Source: Candidatus Latescibacterota bacterium (GTDB lineage Bacteria; Latescibacterota; UBA2968; UBA8231). Taken from it: a stretch of 64,000 nt of DNA. Positions 57,309-64,000 of the stretch are shown piece by piece. Every line of letters begins with the position of its first letter. Position 1 is the first letter of the stretch. A program made the position numbers and the translations under genes. Location: assembly GCA_965248265.1 (NCBI GenBank), contig CBDFJF010000002.1:384001-448000 (forward strand), read 5' to 3'. The notes below the pieces were generated by a model, which searched no databases, had not been told where the DNA came from, and saw only the letters and a program-made list of their open reading frames with translations.

Positions 57309-60300
57309 CTACGCCGGGGCGGCTCGTCGCGGCTCGAGTCGCGGCTTCGCGGAAGAGCGCGGCGCCAGTTCTGTCTGCAGCATTCTATTGTCAGCAGGTA
57401 CCAGATTCTGTAACTGCCAACCGACGGGCAGCCGCATTCGGCCCTGTTCCTTGCGCTCGAACACCAGGTAACCCTTGTCGAGGCCGTGGCGGAAGAGGTC
57501 GCGGGTGATCTCGACGTCATGGCGACAGTATCTTGCAATTAGATCCAATCGCCCCTCCTTGTACCAGCGCAACGCTTGTAAACCGTCCGCCGTTTTCTTG
57601 GTGTTCAGGGTTGCTTGAGCGAGACCGTCGAGGCTGACGCGGTGGTTGAGGTGGGAGTGGACGTCACGCATGATGTCGAGGGTGTTGAGCTCGAGGAAAT
57701 CGAAGCGGGTGTAGCCGCGCAGGACGCTGTAGTCGAAGCCGATGATGTTGAAGCCGACGATGAGTTCGGCGCGTTGGAGATGGGCGACGAGTTTGTCGAC
57801 CTGGCCTTCAAAGTAGGTGGTGAAGCCGTCGCGGCTGTCCCAGACGATGCCGCATGACATGCGCATGAGGTAGCTCTTGTTCCAGCCGCCAACCTCGGCA
57901 GCGCTCAACTGGGTCTCCAGATCAAACACGACGACATGGGGTTCTGTCGGCCTGCTGGCCGCTGGGGGGGTGTCCGCATGAGCGCTTTCCCAGTCGGCGA
58001 ACTCAGGCGGTTCCTCCTCGATGTCGCTGACATCCATGGATTCGGCGTCGATGGCACGGTGTCCGCACAGCAGCTCGAGCAGGTGGATGGCGCCGGCCTT
58101 GTCGAGGGGGACGTTGCCGTGGCCGCAGGTGGCGAAGTGGATGCAGGAGGGACAGCCGGTCTCGCAGTCGCAGGCCTGTATCATCCGCAGCGTCATCTCG
58201 AACAGCCGGTCGAGCATGTGGAAGCCCTTTTCGGCCAGTCCAATGCCACCAGGGTACATGTCGTAGACGAAGATGGCCCCCTTGCGCAGTTGTGGGTGTA
58301 GCGGGTAGCAGATGCCGCCCACGTCCGTTCCCTTGCTCAGCGCCAGCAGCGGAAACAACGACTTCACCGCGTGTTCGACGGCATGCAGAGATCCCATGTG
58401 TTTGAAGCCGTTGCGTTTGAGCTGCTTCTTGAAGGGCGCGTCCATCTCCAGCCAGAAACCGATGGTCTCGAAGGTTTGCACCGGGCTTTCGAGCGGGTGG
58501 CGACTGAGAATCTGCTGATCACCGACGCGGACTTTTTCGTAGGCGACGACCTGGGAGCTGACAAGCAGGCGGCCCAACTTGGCGAGGTAGCCATGCATGG
58601 GTTTGGACTGCAGCTCTTCGAGAACCTCCGTCTCCTTTTCCTGCTTGGGCCGGGTGTAGTAGGGGACATCGACGAGCTCGGCCTGGATCTGCCGTTTGAC
58701 CGGGTTGCGCTCTCCGATCAGGTACTGGCGTCCGCGGTGGAGGTAGATGGCCCCCGCATGACATTCGGTGTAGAGCTGGCCGCCGCTGACCGTGCCAATG
58801 ACGCGGCGACTACCCTCGGGGTAGATGCTCCAGGACTCGCCGATGGCCCGCATGTTGACGAGTCGATGCGGTTGTTTGCGCGCAGCGAACCAGGCGTCGC
58901 CGTCGGCACTCTGCAACAGGTCACCGGATGCGGTCAGTTCCGCCAGCGCGGCGTTGTAGCCATCAATACGGTACTCGGGTTCATCCAGCGTCAGTGGCAA
59001 TTCACTGGCGGCGCAGGTGAGGTGGGCCTTCATGATGTGGCGATTCGACGGGTCGGCGACGGCGTCTTCGATGTCCCGGCCGAAAAAGAGCGATGGGTGC
59101 TTCATGAAGAACTGGTCGAGGGCATCGCGGCTGGCAACCAGGATGATCAGGGATTCGCGCCCGGAACGGCCGACCCGGCCAGCACGCTGCCAGGTGTTGA
59201 CGATGGATCCGGGGTAGCCGACGAGGACACATACGTCTAATCCACCAATGTCGATCCCAAGTTCGAGTGCCGATGTGGAGACGACACCGTAAAGCTCACC
59301 CGAGTGCAGAGCAGCCTCGATCTGGCGGCGTTCCTCCGGTAGATAGCCAGCTCTGTAGGAACTGATACGGTCACGCAGCTCGCGACGATTCTGGGTGGCC
59401 CAGCGGTAGATGAGCTCGGTGGTGACACGAGCGCGGGTGAAGACGATGGTGCGGAACTGCTTGACCACGCTCATCTGCAACAGGCGCGCCGCCACAGTGT
59501 TGGGGCTCTCCGATGGATTGAGAAAGACGAAGTGACGGGCCGCCATCGGGGCGCCGTTGTCGGTAACGGCGTGGAAGGGGCGGTTGAGCAGGCGGCCGGC
59601 GAGCTCCTGCGGGTTGCCGATGGTGGCCGAGCAGGTGATGTAGGTCGGCTCACTGCCGCAGCTGGCGCAGACGCGATTGATACGCCGGAACAGGTGGAGG
59701 ACGTGGGAGCCGAAGATGCCGCTGTAGGTGTGCAGCTCGTCGATGACGACGAAGCTCAGATTCTTGAGGAAGGTTTCCCATTGTTCGTGAAACGCCAGAA
59801 TACCAGAATGCAGCATGTCTGGCGTGGTGATAAGGATGTTCGGGGGATTCTCCCGGATTTTTTGTCTGATGTGCGGTTTGGTATCGCCGTCGTAGATCTC
59901 GGCCCGAAGGCTGCCGCCCAGCCGTGTCAGCAGGCTTTGTAGCTCCTCCAGCTGATCCTGCTCCAGAGCCTTGAGCGGGAAGATGTAGAGGGCGCACCGA
60001 TGCGGGTCCTCGAGCAGTTTGGAGAGCACGGCCGTGTTGTAGATGAGGGTCTTGCCGGAAGCCGTCGGGGTCGAGACGACGACGTTATGACCCTCCATGA
60101 TCTTGCGTATACTCTCCTCCTGGTGGGTGTAGAGGGCCTCTACGCCGGCGGCCCGCAACACGCGCTGGGCATTGGCCCCAAGGTGCTGACAGTCGTGAAC
60201 GAGGCGCTCCTCGACTGCCGGAAGGAGTTCGTGATGGACGATGGCATCGCCGATCAGATCTCGCTTGAGAAACTCGAGGAAAGTGGCAACTGACGTTGGG

Positions 60301-60344
60301 TCGGGAGAAGACAGAAACTCCTCTGCCGAGAGCTTTCTGATCAC
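57309..60344 (-). CDS. Hrq1/MrfA-like DEAD/DEAH helicase with DUF1998, fused to a C-terminal RNase H-like (YprB/MrfB-type) exonuclease
   Basis: TASGKT, DELH, SAT, LELGIDIG, QRAGRVGR, CDCETGCPSC, then FDLETQ, GFNIIGFD, YCRHDV. Confidence 0.9.
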   Translation of the reverse strand: MIRKLSAEEFLSSPDPTSVATFLEFLKRDLIGDAIVHHELLPAVEERLVHDCQHLGANAQRVLRAAGVEALYTHQEESIRKIMEGHNVVVSTPTASGKTLIYNTAVLSKLLEDPHRCALYIFPLKALEQDQLEELQSLLTRLGGSLRAEIYDGDTKPHIRQKIRENPPNILITTPDMLHSGILAFHEQWETFLKNLSFVVIDELHTYSGIFGSHVLHLFRRINRVCASCGSEPTYITCSATIGNPQELAGRLLNRPFHAVTDNGAPMAARHFVFLNPSESPNTVAARLLQMSVVKQFRTIVFTRARVTTELIYRWATQNRRELRDRISSYRAGYLPEERRQIEAALHSGELYGVVSTSALELGIDIGGLDVCVLVGYPGSIVNTWQRAGRVGRSGRESLIILVASRDALDQFFMKHPSLFFGRDIEDAVADPSNRHIMKAHLTCAASELPLTLDEPEYRIDGYNAALAELTASGDLLQSADGDAWFAARKQPHRLVNMRAIGESWSIYPEGSRRVIGTVSGGQLYTECHAGAIYLHRGRQYLIGERNPVKRQIQAELVDVPYYTRPKQEKETEVLEELQSKPMHGYLAKLGRLLVSSQVVAYEKVRVGDQQILSRHPLESPVQTFETIGFWLEMDAPFKKQLKRNGFKHMGSLHAVEHAVKSLFPLLALSKGTDVGGICYPLHPQLRKGAIFVYDMYPGGIGLAEKGFHMLDRLFEMTLRMIQACDCETGCPSCIHFATCGHGNVPLDKAGAIHLLELLCGHRAIDAESMDVSDIEEEPPEFADWESAHADTPPAASRPTEPHVVVFDLETQLSAAEVGGWNKSYLMRMSCGIVWDSRDGFTTYFEGQVDKLVAHLQRAELIVGFNIIGFDYSVLRGYTRFDFLELNTLDIMRDVHSHLNHRVSLDGLAQATLNTKKTADGLQALRWYKEGRLDLIARYCRHDVEITRDLFRHGLDKGYLVFERKEQGRMRLPVGWQLQNLVPADNRMLQTELAPRSSAKPRLEPRRAAPA

Positions 60345-60403
60345 TGATGAGTGCTCCGGACTGCGAATGGACGGTGGTCTGGGTCAGGGAGGCGTACGTC
60401 GTG

Positions 60404-60433
60404 TGCACAAACGTATACTTGCACATAAGTATA
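60404..60433. promoter_or_regulatory. Two tandem TGCAC-N4-GTATA boxes (candidate LexA/SOS operators)
   Basis: TGCAC-AAAC-GTATA (60404-60417) and TGCAC-ATAA-GTATA (60420-60433), 60-90 bp upstream of the helicase start. Confidence 0.5.
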
Positions 60434-60495
60434 GCAGTGTCTGGCGTGGGGAACAAGGAATTTCCGGAGCTGCAGGGGTGGTGCGGAGGTCGGTG

Positions 60496-62346
60496 TTACT
60501 GGTCTCTGACTACGGCGAGCCGTTTCGTGGCGCGGTTTCCGTCTGCTTCGAGCACGTAGTAGTAGATGCCCGAACCAACCAGATCGCCACGCTGATTGCG
60601 CCCATCCCAGCTCACATCCTCGTACACCCCCGAAGAACGGCGATCCAGGTCGATGACGCGGACGAGCTGGCCGTCGAGCGAGAGGATGGACAGACGGGTG
60701 ATGAAACTGGGCGTGTTGAGGTCGAAGGGTAGCCAGGTTACGGAGTCGAGCCCGAGACGGAAGGGATTCGGGATGTTTTGCTTGAGTGAAAGCGCCACCG
60801 GCACTTCACGCTCCGACAGCTGACGGTCGTAGTCCGCCGTGATCTCATAGTCAAAACCCAAGCCGATGAAATCAGTGTTCGTCAACACGGTGACGATTTC
60901 GTCATAGGCGTCCCAGTCGAGCACTTCAGCTGGATCGCGGGCATCGAGGCTGCGCACGATCTCGACTGTATCCCTGCTCACGAGGGCAATCCTTCGCTGC
61001 CAACTGGGGCGTTGGCCCAACTCGTTCTCGATGAACACGCCGCCAGGCCGCAGGTTGGGCTCGATTCTGAAGTAGGCCGAGGTGAGGTGGTCGATGCTTC
61101 CGCTGTCGACGATCGTGGACTCGACCGCCGTACCTGTCGGTCCCACTGAGATCTCCGGCCACATGTTCCCCTCGTCGTAGAACTGCTCACGGTGGCGGAT
61201 GCCGGTGAAGTAATTCCACACCCCGAACTCCCCGACGGCGTCCGCCAGGCCTCCATTGTTGAGCGGGCGCAGAACGCGGTCGATGTTCGACAGGTCTGCA
61301 TTCGCCCACGTGGCGTGCTCTTCCCAAATCTGGCGAATGACATCCCGGCCGTAACGCTGATCGAGGAAGTGAGGAAACGCAGAGGCGCCGTAGATGTGGT
61401 TGTCCCTGCCCAGCGCCCGGCCACTGTCGAGCGAGCGGCTGTTTTCATGTAGGAAGGCACACAGGTAAATCAAATAGTCGTTGACTTCGGGGTAGGCGAC
61501 TTCCTCGATCCAGGTGGCAGTGGCTTCCTGCCACCAGGCTTCCTGTGGCTGGGGCTGGTAATAAGCGAAGTGGACGGCGTGGTAGAACTCGTGCGCCGCC
61601 GTCACCCGCAGGGCGTCGAGGCCCCGCGCCCCTCGAGCGCCATTACAACCGCTCGGCGTGCCGTAGCCCGAGTCGGTGTAGTCGTTGTCGATTTGTATGA
61701 AACTGGCCGTCGTCGTTGCACCGGGCGAGAGCGCAGTCGTGGTACCGTAAAAGTTGCTACCAGCTCCCCCGTATTCAATCACGTAGACGTCGTACTCGTC
61801 GCCGCCACCGGCGCCACTGTCCGAGGGTGGGACCCGGTAACCAAGCTCATCTACCTCAAGTCTCCAGGAGCTGTCCAGGGCGGCGGCGGCGTGGTCGATG
61901 TAATCGGGGATGCCGTTGCCGTCCTCGTCTGTCGAATCGACGGCATCGCCCCCGCTGAGTTCATAGTGAATGCGGAAATGTCCGGAGGGAGACAGCGTGG
62001 ACTCTTGGAGAATCGGGCGCTGCAGCGTCTTGAAGAGTTGCTGGCCGTACTCCGCGCTCGATTCATCAATGGCAGCCAGTGCATCGCTCACGACCGGCGT
62101 GCCGCAGGCAGCGATGCCACCGGAGGAGCCGCGGAACTTCGCTGGCACGGCAGTTGGGTTGACGGCTTCGTAGACCCGGTAGAGCCGCGTGGTCTCGAGA
62201 TCGATCGCCCCTGATTCGTATGCTTGCTCGATCAGGGGGCCAGCGGAGAGTCGTGCGACGGAGCATGCAAGAATGCAAACCAGTGCCAGTGCCTTTGACA
62301 GATTCAGCATGCGGTGATCGTTATTGGTATCAACCGGCGGCTCCAT
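60496..62346 (-). CDS. Secreted zinc metalloprotease (MXAN_6640-like) with C-terminal FlgD-Ig domain (alternative start 62310)
   Basis: Signal peptide; HFRIHY, AAHEFYH, WQEATA; QNIPNPF...WDGRNQRG...SGIYYY. Confidence 0.82.
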   Translation of the reverse strand: MEPPVDTNNDHRMLNLSKALALVCILACSVARLSAGPLIEQAYESGAIDLETTRLYRVYEAVNPTAVPAKFRGSSGGIAACGTPVVSDALAAIDESSAEYGQQLFKTLQRPILQESTLSPSGHFRIHYELSGGDAVDSTDEDGNGIPDYIDHAAAALDSSWRLEVDELGYRVPPSDSGAGGGDEYDVYVIEYGGAGSNFYGTTTALSPGATTTASFIQIDNDYTDSGYGTPSGCNGARGARGLDALRVTAAHEFYHAVHFAYYQPQPQEAWWQEATATWIEEVAYPEVNDYLIYLCAFLHENSRSLDSGRALGRDNHIYGASAFPHFLDQRYGRDVIRQIWEEHATWANADLSNIDRVLRPLNNGGLADAVGEFGVWNYFTGIRHREQFYDEGNMWPEISVGPTGTAVESTIVDSGSIDHLTSAYFRIEPNLRPGGVFIENELGQRPSWQRRIALVSRDTVEIVRSLDARDPAEVLDWDAYDEIVTVLTNTDFIGLGFDYEITADYDRQLSEREVPVALSLKQNIPNPFRLGLDSVTWLPFDLNTPSFITRLSILSLDGQLVRVIDLDRRSSGVYEDVSWDGRNQRGDLVGSGIYYYVLEADGNRATKRLAVVRDQ

Positions 62347-64000
62347 CAGCGGATAATGGCGATCTTGTCTTGGCGCAGAAGATCTCCAGTAAAACTTCGA
62401 ATGGTGTAGACGTAGACACCGGACCCAACCAGGGAGCCGTCGTCATTCACCCCGGTCCAGCGAACTTCGTTTATCTGGTCGAGGGGGCTCTCCCGTTCCA
62501 AGCCACTCCAGATCGACTCTCCATTGAGCGTGGAGATAGTGATTTTGGCGGATGACAGGGCGGTACCACTGAACGCCAGGAATGGGTCAACGCCGATCTG
62601 GTACGGGTTCGGGAACACAGCGATCCGGTTCTGAGGCACGATTCTCAGATCGATGAACGAACGGTTGTCTTCTTCGCTGGCTTCAACAAGCTGGTCGTCG
62701 GGATCGACGTGGACGAGAAGGATTGCCTCGCCGATGCGATCCCATTCCACCGTGATGTCTTCGACGCCACCGGCCAGCAATGGTCCCGGGCGCTCGGCGT
62801 CGAAGAAGACGGCGCATCCGGTGGTATCCGGGTCGCAGTGTGCTACCTGAACCCGGTAGGATGTATCCAAGTCCACCGGCCCGATGTTGCTGACGCGGAT
62901 CGTCAGGTCGTCATCGCCATCGCCGCGGCCATCGCCGGAGAACACGGCCAGGTTCGGCAGCCCCTCTTCGTTACCGAACTGTGACAGTGTCGCTACCGTC
63001 AGACGGGTGACCCGGCCGACGAGTTCCCAATTGATGCTGTCGGCCACATCACTGACGCTGTGGTACTGTGAGTTGAGTCGATATATCCCTTCCCGCACGC
63101 CAACGCTGGTCGAATCGGTCGGTAGATAGTTCTCGATACCGAGAATGGCGTCGTAACCACGAGCCCAGAACGGGGCGTGGTCGCTGAGTCCGGCGAAGCG
63201 GTCATTGAGTACGTCAACCGTGAGGCCGACGTCGTACCGCTGGTTGGCGTCCTGCAACAGGCCGACGAGCCACGCAGAGGCAGGGTTGCTGACTAACTCT
63301 ATCCGATCGACGGTATCGTTGAAGCCGACCATGTCGAAGTTGAGCACGCCGAGGATTCGATGGTCCTCCTCCCGAGCGATTTCGGCGTAGTGCTGGCTAC
63401 CCCACAGCCCCAATTCCTCTCCCGACCAGGCGATGAAGCGGATGGACCAGGGAAAGGACTGCGTCGACAGCAGGCGAGCACTCTCCAATACCAGGGCCAC
63501 TCCCGAGGCGTTGTCATCAGCCCCGGGTGCCGGATCCTCACGCCAGTCCCAACCGCCGGGAGAGCGGGAGCCGATGGCGTCATAGTGAGCGCATATGACG
63601 TAGTAACCGGCCTCCGGATCGGTACCAGCATGCTCGCCGATGACGTTGTACAGTGGTATGGCGTCGCGCGCCGGTTGGAGGCCGGTGATTCGAGAGGTTG
63701 CCTGAAACGGATTGCCCGGGAATTCCTGAAGACTGACCGCATCGTCGCCGAGAGCGGTTGCAAGTTGAGCGCGTATGTATTCGGTCGATTCGAAGGTCTC
63801 GTCACGAAAGGCGAAGCGGGTTCTGATGTTGCCAGTCACCGAACCCAGCTGTGGGTCAACCAGGCTCAGACTCTCTACGTGGGCGCGAAGGCGCTCTTCG
63901 TCCACCTGGGCGATGAGATCGGCAACGGTCCCTGACTCGATCCGCTGCAGCGGCTTGGCCGACACCCCCGCGAGCAGACCGCTCGCGTCGTACTGCTGCG
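62346..64000 (-). CDS. M28-family peptidase with CARDB-like and FlgD-Ig domains; 5' end outside the window
   Basis: AHYD, GADDNASG, GEELGLWGS, NFDM, SDH, YH; FPNP...GSGVYVY; the frame is open to the window edge. Confidence 0.88.
   Translation of the reverse strand, partial: QQYDASGLLAGVSAKPLQRIESGTVADLIAQVDEERLRAHVESLSLVDPQLGSVTGNIRTRFAFRDETFESTEYIRAQLATALGDDAVSLQEFPGNPFQATSRITGLQPARDAIPLYNVIGEHAGTDPEAGYYVICAHYDAIGSRSPGGWDWREDPAPGADDNASGVALVLESARLLSTQSFPWSIRFIAWSGEELGLWGSQHYAEIAREEDHRILGVLNFDMVGFNDTVDRIELVSNPASAWLVGLLQDANQRYDVGLTVDVLNDRFAGLSDHAPFWARGYDAILGIENYLPTDSTSVGVREGIYRLNSQYHSVSDVADSINWELVGRVTRLTVATLSQFGNEEGLPNLAVFSGDGRGDGDDDLTIRVSNIGPVDLDTSYRVQVAHCDPDTTGCAVFFDAERPGPLLAGGVEDITVEWDRIGEAILLVHVDPDDQLVEASEEDNRSFIDLRIVPQNRIAVFPNPYQIGVDPFLAFSGTALSSAKITISTLNGESIWSGLERESPLDQINEVRWTGVNDDGSLVGSGVYVYTIRSFTGDLLRQDKIAIIR

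Noticed and set aside
57309-60344. DISARM (DrmB) or Druantia-type defence system suggested by DUF1998
   Set aside because: No methyltransferase, DrmA/C/D or other defence genes nearby; the architecture fits an MrfA/Hrq1 repair helicase.
1-64000. tRNA, rRNA, CRISPR array, prophage
   Set aside because: None recognised by eye; tRNAscan-SE, cmscan and a CRISPR finder would be needed to exclude them formally.

Overview
A GC-rich bacterial chromosomal window with about 55 genes. Repeated PhyH-type dioxygenases, secreted proteins ending in FlgD/T9SS-like C-terminal domains, and DUF4838/DUF3179 proteins suggest an FCB-adjacent lineage such as Candidatus Latescibacterota; this is an inference from gene content only. 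Recognisable blocks are: msrB, galM, tpx and slyD; an NHEJ operon (ligD-ku-TPR); a putative sigma54-driven CDP-3,6-dideoxyhexose cluster (rfbG/F/H, a reductase, GtrB-like GT2, B12 radical SAM) headed by a GT-C+TPR fusion; an IS630 with a -1 frameshift; an IS481; a 198-bp MITE; a uxuA catabolic cluster; a LarA-family gene; vapBC; an MrfA/MrfB-like helicase-exonuclease fusion; and two peptidase genes. Several gene remnants and pseudogenes are also present. The most unusual signals are: (1) a structured ~120-nt leader RNA with anti-SD/pseudoknot potential in front of an uncharacterised 'PNLxxLKKQA...EYGFxSW' domain gene, divergent from ligD; (2) a TPR protein in the NHEJ operon carrying a consensus beta-clamp motif (QLDLF), plus a uORF coupled to ku; (3) the GT-C/TPR dideoxysugar cluster; (4) an IS630 and a similar-ended MITE, each inserted in the TA of a stop codon; (5) tandem TGCAC-N4-GTATA boxes upstream of the repair helicase. 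All calls come from reading motifs by eye; no database searches were run.
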